Origin: Eledone cirrhosa
Taxonomy: Eukaryota
DNA: 64,000 nucleotides
Assembly: GCA_964016885.1 (NCBI GenBank)
Contig: OZ024742.1
Coordinates: 146,072,001-146,136,000 of the forward strand
Direction of reading: 5' to 3'
In this document: in pieces, positions 40,101 through 52,093 of the stretch
How positions within the stretch are numbered: the stretch's first letter is position 1
Layout of the letters: each line of letters starts with the position of its first letter
Translations under genes and position numbers: made by a program
The notes under the pieces: generated by a model
Databases searched by the model: none
The model's input: only the letters and a program-made list of their open reading frames with translations
What the model was told of the DNA's origin: nothing

Positions 40101-41941
40101 CAGAGAGAATAACAATCCTAAGATGTTTATACACAGAGAAGAATGGATACTCAACAGTGTGTGTATATTATGAGTTAACAAAGTAATTGAGATTTTGAAT
40201 TTAACTAACAAATCAGCATTGCCACCTCTGTGGGCCCTTGTGGTTCTCATACTCCAGGTGGGAACTGCTAATATAGTGTTTTCCCCCTCCCAAATTTCCC
40301 CTGCTCTTTTTTCTTTTTCTTTCTCTTTGATTTCTTTGAAGAGAAAAAAAACCATATTATTAGAAAATCAAAAGGAAAAAAAAATCAACATACGTAAAGA
40401 TAAAATAGGGAAAATCTAAAATGTTTTTCTCTTTTCAATTTCCTATATGAATAAATAAAAACAGGAATAATTTGAATTGCAATTGTAGAATATATTTTAT
40501 CTACTCTGTATTGATACATAGATCAACTGCCATAATCAGTGACTCACAGAATACAAAGGAAGTTACAATATACATACATACATACTCCTACACAATCATA
40601 TATACACGCTGGCATACTGCACATGCTTAAATACCCACTCATACACAATAATGTATACAAACACATATACACTTACATACACACTTAAATACACATTCAC
40701 ACAGAATAATATATATATATACATTTACATACACCCTTACATATAAAAATATAGGCACACTTACATACAAACTTAAATACACATTCCCACAGAATAATAT
40801 ATATATATATACACATTTGCATACAATAATACATACATATACACTTCCACACATATATATATATATACAATAGTATATCCACATTCCACATACACAGACA
40901 TACTGTAATACATACACACTTACATGCAATAATATATACACACTCACACATACATGTATACACACATATAGAATAATGCATAGACACTTACATATCCAAT
41001 ACATACTCTCTTTCAAACAGATTGATATGGTTTCTCTATAGATGTGGTTCTCTTATAAGTTATCAGAAACATCAGTTATGAAAGCTTACAATGAATTTTC
41101 TGTGTTTTACTATTATTGAATTTACTTTAGGAAATAACAATCTCTCTTTCTCACTTTCTACATAAATCGAAATATAATTTAATGATGAAAATCTGTGAAA
41201 ATCTTTTCAGCTTGTAATTCAATACCTTTGACAATATGTTGAAGGTTTATCAGATTGATTTCAAACAAAAATTTATTTCTTATATATATATATATATTCG
41301 TTTTTGTATTACTTTAGAAGTTGCTTGATGTTAAATCATGGGTTGAAACAGATATTATATGATTTGGGAGGGTCATGCTGCCAATAAAAATACATGTACT
41401 AGTTGAGTTTCCATTCGGCCTGTCTGGGAGGTCAGTAGATCTGCTTTAGTACTGACTCTGTCTGTGATGACCCACTCATTGTAGGGAAAGTGGATATTAG
41501 ATGATGATATATATATAATGTATATCCTTATAAAAAAAGAAGTTTGTTTGTACATTGATCGCTAATAACACTAAATAAAATCGATAATAATTAAGGCTTT
41601 ACATGTGTTTTCAACTAATCTGACCTCCATCAAGCTCACTGTCGTCTCATTTTCTGAAAATGGAATGTTGGGGAGAGTTGGGGGAGAATTTACTGCTATT
41701 TCTAGCTCAGTGATACTGTCTGGTCGTCTCTCATGCTATCTATAAAAAGAAAATGAAATACAACTTCAGCTCTCACTCAATCCACGTCTCCCTCTCTCTA
41801 ACTAACTACCTACAATTTATTTTCATTTGATGTCAGCTGATCTGATATCTGACTCTCTCTCTCTCTTCCCCTTTCTCTTTCACTACCTTTTTTCTATCTA
41901 TCTATATGTGTCTCTTACTCTTTCTGTATGTATATATATAT

Positions 41942-42103
41942 ACCGGGGTTCTGAAAAGTTCCTGGCTTAAGGGTATCATGAAAGGGTAGAATTGCTACCA
42001 TTACAGGGGAAGTAGGACTGCTGCAATATGTGCGTGAATCTGAGAGTAAATATGTTGAACAAAATCATAATTAATTGATCCTCCAGTATTTACTTTTACC
42101 TAA
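41942..42103 (+). mobile_element. Mariner-like MITE remnant
   Basis: TA followed by ccggggttctgaaaagttcctggct, a mariner-type terminal sequence; cut by an RTE 3' end. Confidence 0.45.
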
Positions 42104-42104
42104 A

Positions 42105-42331
42105 TCTTCATCAACACTGGGTAAAGAAGTGCCAAGTAATCCCAGTAGAAGGAAGACGCAGTCGAGGAAGACCACGAAAAACATGGGCGGAGGTGGTGAG
42201 AGCTGACCTCAGATTGCTGAAGCTCACAGAGGAGATGACAAAGGACCATGACGAATGGAGAGATGCTGTGCTGAATAGGACGCGTCCCACCCTTGCAAGC
42301 AGGGAAAAGTGGACGTAAAATGATGATGATG
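42105..42331 (+). mobile_element. RTE 3' end (third family)
   Basis: WVKKCQ..GRRSRGRPRKTWAEVVRADL..WRDAV plus (TGA)n. The same terminus appears at 43165-43212, 54333-54397, 54523-54572 and 63502-63690. Confidence 0.85.
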
Positions 42332-42877
42332 ATATATATAAATATATAAATATATTTAAAAAAAGGAAGAGAATGATTTCACTTGTAGTTACTCTTTTAC
42401 TCTTTTACCTGTTCCAGCCATCCGGTTTGTAGATCTAGTAAGTTCTTTGTTAACTTCGGTGGGGTGGTTTTTTTAAAGATTCCTGGTTAACTTTCCTGGA
42501 GAACGATTTTCAAACTGATCTCAGGTTGTGTTGTGATGTGTGACTCTATATATAACAGATTTGGGTGTGTTTGGGGTGGGGGAGGGTGTTAATAAGTGTG
42601 GGAGTGAAGGAGTGTTGATGAAGATTTAAAGGAATTAAAGCATATATATACAGAAAATAGTGAATGGTAGGAGCAAGATAATTGATTGGGAGTGGATGTG
42701 GGAGGTGTTGGGGTGTTGAAGAGTGTTTTAGAAAGGGGTTGTAAAAGTGCCCTCCTGCTGGTTCCATTTAAAAAGACAACCGTTGGTGGATAAAATATAA
42801 TGGCCAGATGTTTTCAAATTCTTTTCTTATAGCTGAATCAACTATCTTAAATTTATAAAGAATATATATATGTATAT

Positions 42878-43212
42878 GGAGGCACATGGCTTAGTGGTTA
42901 GAGCATTGGCCTTGCAATCGAAAGGTTGTGAGTTCAATTCTCAGACCGGGTGATGTGTTGTTTGCTTGAGCAAAACACTTTATTTCACATTGCTCCAGTT
43001 TACTCAGCTGTAGAAATGAGATGATAGGGACTGGGGTCCATATCATTCCACTGCAAAGTGGTCGTGGAGGTGCCACGGCAAAAAAGCATCCAGCACTCAC
43101 TGTAAATGAGGTTGGTGTTAGGAAGGGCATCCAGCTGTAGAAATCAAGCCAGAATCAGTTCCCGTCCCACCCTTGCAAGCAGGGAAAAGCGGACGTAAAA
43201 TGAAATGAATGA
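42878..43212 (+). mobile_element. SINE family C head joined to RTE 3'UTR pieces
   Basis: Box A (tggcttagtggtt) and box B (gagttcaattc), a V/CORE-like domain, then RTE 3'UTR from two families. Confidence 0.65.
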
Positions 43213-44009
43213 ATGAATATATTAATAAAAACAATAAAGTTTCATTTATATGTATTAGATTTTTATTGTGTATCAATCAGTTGTATGCGTTTCACAGAGG
43301 ATTGGCTCAGGGTCACCCATAGAAGTTATGGACATGACTCCGTTATAGATCTGCTCTTCAGACTGGTGATGAGACAAAAAAATATAGTGTTTGTTGTGAT
43401 TTGTGAGATGATGGTTGTATATATAAGCATTGGTCCTATTTTTTTTGTATGTGGGCGTATGTGGGTGTTGGAGTACAATAGGTAGGGCAACTTTGCACGT
43501 ACATATATACACGTATATTGATGCATGTGTGTGTATGTATGTGTGTGTGTGTGTGTGTGTGTGTGCATGTAACGATTTACGTGTGTCTGCATGCGTACAT
43601 GCATGCATGTTGGTATGTGAATTGGACATTCAAAGACTATCTTTTGTGTAAACAGGGAGCTGAATGAGCGAGTGACCATATTGGCATGGAGGTGTGGAAG
43701 GTGTCACGCTACAATGATCCAGAAATTTGTTGGGGGAGAGGAATGTCGATTAAATCGAGCCCAGTGTATTACTGGTGCTTTATTTATTGACTGTGTCAGG
43801 ATGAAAGGTAAAGATAACCTCAGCGAGATTTGAACTCAGAATGTAAAAAGCCGTAACTCTATGCTGCGAAGCATGTTGTCTGACAATCTAGCGATACTAC
43901 CAACTATATTACAATGTGGGTACTTTTTATTGTGCCACCAAAGTGACCATTTAACAGGGTGGACTGGGTGCTTTGTTGTCATACAGGCTGCACTGTATAT
44001 TTATATTTA

Positions 44010-44465
44010 TGGAAGCATAACCTGGAATGAAAAGGTCTTCAAGACAACTAGGAAAAGGACCAAAGTTCTCGTAAGTAGTAAGGAAAACAAGGCCCTGTTC
44101 AGTGTAAGAAAGGGGAGGGGTAGAAATTCGATTCTCTGTCCTAAATGCAAACAATGGGTGCTCAAGAGATGTAGTGGGATCCAAAGTAAGTTAGCTAAGA
44201 ATATATATTTACATGTGGGCATTGCATGGGAGCAGTAAGTAACAAACGTTCACATGTGCTATCAATTTCTTGGGTGTTTCCATAGAAGCAGTTGACAGCT
44301 TCTGTTACCTGGGTGACCAAATTAGCAGTGGAAGTGGGTGTTCAGAAAGTATAGTTGCAAGAGTGAGGACAGGATGGAAAAATTACAAGGAGCTACTACC
44401 GCTGCTACTACATGAAGGGCAGATTGTATGATACGTGTATTCAAGAAGCCATGTTGCATGGTTCA
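44010..44465 (+). mobile_element. Decayed internal RTE fragment
   Basis: KTKVLVS..GRNSILCPKCKQWV..RCSG..MKGRLYD. Confidence 0.75.
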
Positions 44466-44621
44466 TACGGAGACATGGTTCTGTGTATTTTGAGGGTCAG
44501 GTGTAGAGTATTACAGAATGAAGTGAATGCATTTTATCATGACACCAGCTCTAGAGAAGTTGTCATGTCAATAAGACTGAAGAGTTCACTCTAACCTTTA
44601 GTGTATATATATATATATATA

Positions 44622-45071
44622 TAGGAGTAGCTATCAGCTATGTTTGTAGGATTATATACATAAAAGTCTCTATTATAACAAACTAATATAATGAAATTAT
44701 AAACATGATAAATATTTTACATCATACATAGACATTTACATTTATAGGGCATTTACTTTCAGAACACATAACACACATACTAACAGATATATGTGTGTGT
44801 GTGTGTGTGCACTTATATGTGTATATATATATATATATATATGCACTTATATGTGTATATATATATATACACACATATAAATGCACACACACACACACAC
44901 ATATATCTGTTAGTATGTGTGTTATGTGTTCTGAAAGTAAATGCCCTATAAATGTAAATGTCTATGTATGATGTAAAATATTTATCATGTTTATAATTTC
45001 ATTATATTAGTTTGTTATAATAGAGACTTTTATGTATATAATCCTACAAACATAGCTGATAGCTACTCCTA
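44622..45071. repeat. Near-perfect palindrome of about 450 bp
   Basis: taggagtagc...(GT)n is mirrored exactly by (AC)n...gctactccta around a (TA)n centre. Confidence 0.95.
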
Positions 45072-46036
45072 GGAAACCTTATCTCAGTGTATATATATAT
45101 ATAAAAACCTATATTACCATATATAAAAATGATTATCTGTAAGTTTCTAATCTAACTTTATGTGTATTTGGAATTTTTGTAAAAATAAAATATCTGTAAA
45201 GAATAATAGATGGATTTTATTACGAATGTCTTAGTGATTATCATAAATGTTGTATCTTTGAAATTTTACTATCAAATAGGTATGATTAGATGTTAATATA
45301 ATTAATGCAGATTAGAAGATATATAACTAGAACTTGCAAACATACTAAAAAATCTTCATCATCATCAACATTTGATATCCGCTTTCCCTGCTAGCGTGGG
45401 TTAGTTGAATTGTTACAGATTGAGAGCAGTTGGACTGGAGAGACCTTATTTTTTTATATAGGTTCTATGGCTGGATGTCTTTTGTAACACCAACTGCTTT
45501 ACAGAGTGCGCTGGTTGCATTTTATCGTGTCAAGAACACTGACACTTTACAGAGTGTAGTGGGTGCATTTTATCATAGCACCAGCGTTAACTCTTTATAA
45601 GGTGTACTAGAAGCATTTTATCATGGCAGCAGCCCTACCACTTTACAGAAAGTACTGGGCACATTTTATTGACACCTGCACTCGCAGTTTACAGACTGTA
45701 TTGGGTGCATTTCATTGTGACACAGCACTGCCTCTTTATAGGGTGTACTGTGAGCATTTTATCATGGTACCAACTTAATTGAGTGTACTGAATGAAGTTT
45801 ATATACATAAAACATACATACTCATGTTAAAAATATACATACACTCACATACAAAATACATATGCAGCACATACAATAACATAACAATAATATATACACA
45901 ATTGTATACACTTACATTTATATATATAATTACATACATTCATATACACTTACATACATGGAAGGAAGAAATGGAATAAAATCTCTGTTGGTTTTGCTGA
46001 TGCATGTTCCAGTTGTTTTATCAATGACTGGTCAAA

Positions 46037-46817
46037 TAGGTGTCACAACAAAAAGCACCCAGTCCACACTGTAAAGTGTTCATGTAGGTGTCACGACAAA
46101 AAACACCCAATCCACACTGTAAAGTGTTCATGTAGGTGTCACGACAAAAAACACCCAATCCACACTGTAAAGTGTTCATGTAGGTGTCACGACAAAAAAC
46201 ACCTAATCCACACTGTAAAGTGTTCATGTAGGTGTCACGACAAAAAACACCTAATCCACACTGTAAAGTGTTCATGTAGGTGTCACGACAAAAAACACCT
46301 AATCCACACTGTAAAGTGTTCATGTAGGTGTCACGACAAAAAACACCCAGTCCACACTGTAAAGTGTTCATGTAGGTGTCACGACAAAAAAACACCCAAT
46401 CCACACTGTAAAGTGTTCATGTAGGTGTCACGACAAAAAACACCTAATCCACACTGTAAAGTGTTCATGTAGGTGTCACGACAAAAAACACCTAATCCAC
46501 ACTGTAAAGTGTTCATGTAGGTGTCACGACAAAAAACACCCAATCCACACTGTAAAGTGTTCATGTAGGCATCACGACAAAAAACACCCAATCCAAACTG
46601 TAAAGTGTTCATTTCATGTAGGCATCACAACAAAAAGCACCCAGTACTCACTGTAAATAAGGTTGGGTGTTAGGAAGGGAATCCAGCTACAGAAACGAAG
46701 CCAAACTCAGTTCTGTATGAACAAGACATGGTCACCTGACCTGGCATTGCCCACAACAGGACAACTCATCTAACCCAGGCTAGTGTGAAAGAATGGACAT
46801 AAAACGGTGATGATGAT
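46037..46817 (+). repeat. 48-bp tandem array (about 13 units) expanded from an RTE 3'UTR, followed by the RTE terminus and (TGA)n
   Basis: Unit atgtaggtgtcacgacaaaaaacacccaatccacactgtaaagtgttc; the same unit occurs about twice at 11854-11950. Confidence 0.92.
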
Positions 46818-47894
46818 AAAACAGCCTAAGCATTCCATAGATACATGACTCCTTAACAATATTTTTAGGGAAACTCACTGCGATACACTGTGTGACAAGC
46901 GAATAACAAGCACAGTTTATCTGATGGGTTTCCAATCAGTTTCTCTCTACCCAGTTTCACTAAGCATGGGTTATCCAGAGGCTACGTTAAATGATACTTA
47001 TGAAGATGCCAAGTGGTGGGACCAAATATGGGACCTAATGGTTGTGAAATGAACTTAATCATTCAGTTATATGTTCACACTTGCATACATAATACATATA
47101 CACTTACACACAATAATGCATACATGTTTGCATGCATATATACACACTTACACAAATATAGTCTTACATGTATGCCTACACACTCACATAAAACAAATAT
47201 ATAGATGCATATATACAATAATACATATGCACTTACATATGAAATACAGATACACACACATAAAATAAGCACATTTCTCAAATGCACATACAAAATACAT
47301 ATATACTTGCATACAATAATACATATACACACATAAAATAAACAACATGCATAGAGTGTTGAAGATATAAAGATAAAGAAAACATAAGCCAGAGGTTCCA
47401 ATGAAGTAGAAATAGAAAATAAAAGCAACAGTTGATTCAGTTTGCCAAAATTCAATAAACTTGGTAGTACAAACTACAAATAAAGCTGACATTAAATGGG
47501 AATATATAATACATATATTTTACTATTGAAATCAAACAAATCCTTCTGTTACATAAAAACAGAGCTGTTTATTCTATTCTATTCATCCATACCTGGTTAT
47601 ATTAGCACATGATCTGTGATAGGTGGAGAGTCATAAAATTACAGAAGAAACTAGATATTTTCCTGTGGACATATGCATGGTTAAATGCTTATTAAGTTTG
47701 CTTCAGAATCATTAGGTTCTAAGTTCAATCCCACTGCATGGCATCTTGGGCAAGTGTCAAAGTCAGCCTAAACCTTGTGAATGAAATTGGGTAAACAGAA
47801 ACTGTTTGGAAGCCCATCAGATGGATTGGACTTGTATTTCAAATTTCCAGCCTTGTCACACACTGTGTTGTGCTAAATTACTTTGAAAATTACC

Positions 47895-48111
47895 TTGACC
47901 CTTTAGATTTTAAATCGGCCATATCCGGCCAGAATTCTTTTTACCTTTTTCTTTTCAAGCTGGCTGCTTATACTTATGTTAAGGTATTGTTCTCAAAATA
48001 AATATCAAAATTTCGTCGATTTGATATTATGTGAGATGATTATGTAAGATAAAGCCTTTACCATAAAAATATAATAGTATATATAGAGTAATGTAAGTGT
48101 TACAGGGTTAA
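47895..48111. mobile_element. TTAA-type MITE nested in a SINE family C body
   Basis: ttgaccc...gggttaa; the flanks rejoin to match the 6230-6370 copy. Confidence 0.55.
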
Positions 48112-48250
48112 GGGTACACGAATCTGTGGAATGCTCAGTCACTTACATGTTGATTAGATGAGTAGGCTGTTCTGTTGACAGAAGAAATGAAACACACATT
48201 GTTGAAACCGATGAAAATTCATTCCATTATTTTCCTATATATTTTCCTAA

Positions 48251-48441
48251 GGGCAGTGGATTGGCAGTATCAGTAGAGAGTCGGATGCCATGCTTTCTAG
48301 CATAGTTACGTCCCTTTACGGTCTGAGTTCAAATCCTGCCGGGGTTAACTTTGCCTTTCATCCTTACGGAGTCGATAAAATAAAGTACCAGTAATGTACT
48401 GGGTAATTGCTGGCCTTGTGCCAAAAGTAGAAACAATTATT
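48251..48441 (+). mobile_element. Full-length SINE family A (tRNA head plus Meta/MESC-like core)
   Basis: Box A tggcagtatcagt, box B gagttcaaatcc, core ttgcctttcatcct..gtcgataaaataaagtaccag; TSD tattttcctaa. Confidence 0.9.
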
Positions 48442-48556
48442 TTCCTAAAATAAAAAGTAGAATTCAAGCAAACTAGTGTTACTGTATGTTGGCAATGGGT
48501 GGCTTTAACCATTTTGTTACTATATTTCTAATGAAACATACTGCATTTGAATAAAT

Positions 48557-48744
48557 TAATTGTTTCTACTTTAGGCACACGGCCAGCAATTACCCAGTGC
48601 ATTACTGGTACTTTATTTTATCGACCTCGTAAGGATGAAAGGCTAAGTCAACCTCGGCGGGATTTGAACTCAGATCGTAAAGGGACGTAACTATGCTGGA
48701 AAGCATGGTGTCCGACTCGCTACCGATACTGCCAATCTACCGCC
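48557..48744 (-). mobile_element. Full-length SINE family A nested in a TTAA MITE (48506-48964)
   Basis: Reverse complement of 48251-48441; duplicated flank tgcatttgaataaattaat. Confidence 0.9.
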
Positions 48745-49294
48745 CTAGATTTGAATAATCTACCCCTTGCATTTGAATAAATTAATGAAGAATTTGGAGG
48801 GATTTACTAAAATTATTTCATTAAAATGGTATTTGTATCATAACATAACAAATTATATAAAATTATGCTGGAAGATCTTAATTTAAATAGGAACCCTTTA
48901 AAAAGGGTGGTTTTGTTTCATAGAACCAGAGGCAGGTTTTGGGTGAGTTAGTATCAAAAGGGTTGTTAGACTCTTTCCTCTTTCTCACAGTAACCCAATT
49001 TATTATAATTTTGTTTCAGTCATTGTTGGTGGCTTGCCATACTGAAGTATCAAGTGATACGTGTATGGATATTTAGCTATTTTAGCTCTTTAGCCACACT
49101 ATCTCTTGCGACAAGACAGTGAGTGTCGTGGCTTACCCTGAAAATATTTAGAGGGAAAACACCAACATTTGCTGTTGTTGCATGTAATTGAGTGCGCATG
49201 ACTTTTCTCATTATTTTCTTTCTGACTCTTTTTTATTCATTTGTTTTCTTTATAAATCATAAACATTATGTTTAGAAAGTGGTGAGCAAAGTTA

Positions 49295-49504
49295 GAAAAT
49301 TGAAGTAGAAATAAGGCTTTGCCGTGACATTTGACTAAGTAACAATCTTAATAATGGGGCATATAAACCCACCGAATGGAAAAAGATAGGTATCAGCACA
49401 TGTGTGTTGATACCCAACTTTTTCCATTCAGTAGGTTTATATTCCTTGTTATTAAGATTATGTTATTTAATCAAATGTTAAGTCTTATTTCTACTTCAAT
49501 TTTC
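49295..49504. repeat. Imperfect palindrome/foldback of about 210 bp
   Basis: gaaaattgaagtagaaataag...gtatcagcaca | tgtgttgatac...cttatttctacttcaattttc. Confidence 0.85.
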
Positions 49505-51631
49505 ACCAACAATTATAAAGTTCATTTTAGAAAAAAACCCAAAATGGAACATTATTCCCTGACACATCTAATGGGAAAGAAGCTTTAATTAAGAACTAAA
49601 TTCATTTGTAATGATTGTCCAGAACATGCCAGCAAGGAAAGGTAAATGTAAGATGAGAATGAATTGTCTGGTTAACACTTTTAATACCAAACCACCCGAA
49701 ACTTCCGCTGGTTTTATGATGCTAAGCTGTATATTTTTATGTGTTTATATTTTTCTAAAAACCTTCCATCATGATGTAAAAAGACTTTAAGTTATGTTCC
49801 AAACATCGACTTAATGAGAATGTTACTTATTTTACCAAATTTATTCAAATTCACATTTTCAAAATAATTTGAAGCATGCTGGCTTACCTAAAAAATTATT
49901 AGAGAGGTTTTCCAGTGCTTCTTACAATAGTGTTATCTTTTGCTCTGGCAGCAGTTTGTTTGCACACCCCTTTCAACTGCCTTTTGTTGTATGTAGTCCA
50001 AAATATGTGTATTATCTGGTTGTGTGTTTTTTTTCTTTTTTCCTTTCCCCTTTCTTTTTTTCTCTTTTTATTTGTAATATTATGATGAAGGTTATATTGA
50101 CAAATAAAGTCATCCCCTTTTTTAAACCACAGGCAGTGTATTCCATGAGAAATACTTTAATAACTTTTGTTTGTTCATTATGTTACCTTGATTGTTTTTA
50201 GTATTAGAAAATGTTTTTTGTGTGTAAAGGGAAAATCGTTTTATAAATAGGCCACCATGTTGTTTGCTAAAGTCACATGGCAATGTCACATGACAAAATC
50301 ACATGAAAATCACACAAGAAAAATACATGCCAATCTTTTCTTTTTTGAAAAACATGCGTATGAAAGAATAATTGGACCAAAACAAAATGAAGAAAATCTT
50401 TATTTTTATCCTTGTTGATGGTACAGCAGTAGAATTGTGGGAGAAAGGGGTTAGGTTGCTGATTTGAAGTGAAAAAGTGGGTTGAGTCCCATAGTTAGCA
50501 ACAGAGGTGGGGGAGGGGTTAATAAAACACTACCACAGATTCTAATCACATTTGATGTTCCAGTATAGAATTGCTTCAGAATTGCCAGTTAGTTTCAAAA
50601 TGGAACAATTGTGCCAAAACTTCTGATCTTAAACTTTTTATGAAAACTATCATAAAAAGGAAAAAAAATGGATGTGAATCCCATGGGTTTGGTTTTGTTT
50701 TTATATATTTTTTACATATTAAAATGTTGAAGAATTTGCCCATTTTACATGTATATTTTGGCAACAAATTTAGTCTCTGTATTCTTCAATGTTCCTTGTA
50801 CAATGCAACAGTTTTTTGCTTCTAAAAACATTTCTTTCTTGACACATGCTTTTAGAATGAATTTATTACTTTGGAAAATAAATAAACAACAAAAAACAAC
50901 AAACAACAAACTATTTTCCCAAGAAAACAAGTTGCCTGATGATGAATAATAAAAAAAAAATGTATGTTTTGAAAGGGAAACAACAGAAAAAATATGCATA
51001 TAGAATAATTTAAATTGATGGTCAAGTGAGTCATGTGGAAGTTAAAGGTGACAGAAATATAAGAGGAATGGGACCTTTAAAGGTAAGTGTGATCATCTGA
51101 AAACCCTCCCAATCCCTTCAGCAAAGTCACAATGGTTTGGTTTATGCTTGCTGCCAGCAATGACTTAATTCATATATGTTTGGAGCCAGCAATGAGTTCA
51201 GAACTCAAACCATGACTTATTGTAATCCTCTCATCATCAGTAAAGCAGAACACCACAAGAAATATCTCATATTTGTTCTCCAAAATAAATGAAGAAATAA
51301 TTCTCTTTTATTTGTCATCCACAAAGTAGGATTTTCTTTTCTTTTTTGTTTTTAATACTTAAGAATGTAGAAATAGCAGAGAGAACTGTGTAATGGTGGA
51401 TGTGTGAGTGATGTGTATTATTTAATAGCTTTGGTATATAGATAATGATTTAAATAAAACTTTGACATAATTACCTAGAAAAATATAAACTGCCACTTCT
51501 GAAAATGATGAAAATACTGAAGAATGTTGAATAGAAATAAATAATAGTAAACTGATAGTATAACTAGTATGGTACTAGCTGTATTTTTATGACATCAGTG
51601 TTGCTTGACAAACTATATAAATGTATTAGAG

Positions 51632-51901
51632 CAGGTATGGACAACCTGCGGCACTTGGGCCACATGTGGCTCTTTATGACTTTTTGAATGGCAGCACACG
51701 AATTGTCAGGATTATATAAACATAATAATTTTTACTAAAACTTTGTAAAATAATCTTTAGGTCTGACACTAATATATTTTAATGATTTGTTTAATGTAAT
51801 ATATAGTAAACTCTGCACTACATATGATGCTTGTTACATTGTTGTTTTAATGGTGTGACCTGCTATATTGATGAGCAATATTTCATTTAAGGCCCATCCC
51901 T
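51632..51901. mobile_element. hAT (Charlie-like) MITE
   Basis: Left end caggtatggacaacctgcggc..ggccacatgtggc; right end ggcccatcccta. Confidence 0.5.
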
Positions 51902-51904
51902 AGA

Positions 51905-52093
51905 TAATTGTTTCTACTTTAAGCACAAGGCCAGCAATTACCCAGTGCATTACTGGTACTTTATTTTATTGACCCCGTAAGGATGAAAGGCAAAGTCAAC
52001 CTCGGCGGGATTTGAACTCAGATCGTAAAGGGACGTAACTATGCTGGAAAGCATGGCGTCCAACCCTCTACCGATACTGCCAATCCACCGCTC
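51905..52093 (-). mobile_element. Full-length SINE family A
   Basis: TSD ccctagataat on both sides. Confidence 0.9.

Noticed and set aside
39746-40186. 146-aa host exon candidate
   Set aside because: No recognisable domain; frameshifted motifs fit a decayed CR1-like LINE end better.
42878-42950. tRNA gene
   Set aside because: Box A and box B are present, but there is no acceptor stem or terminator and the sequence continues into a SINE body.
46037-46655. CRISPR-like regular array
   Set aside because: The units are contiguous and near-identical with no unique spacers and no cas genes; the unit derives from an RTE 3'UTR.
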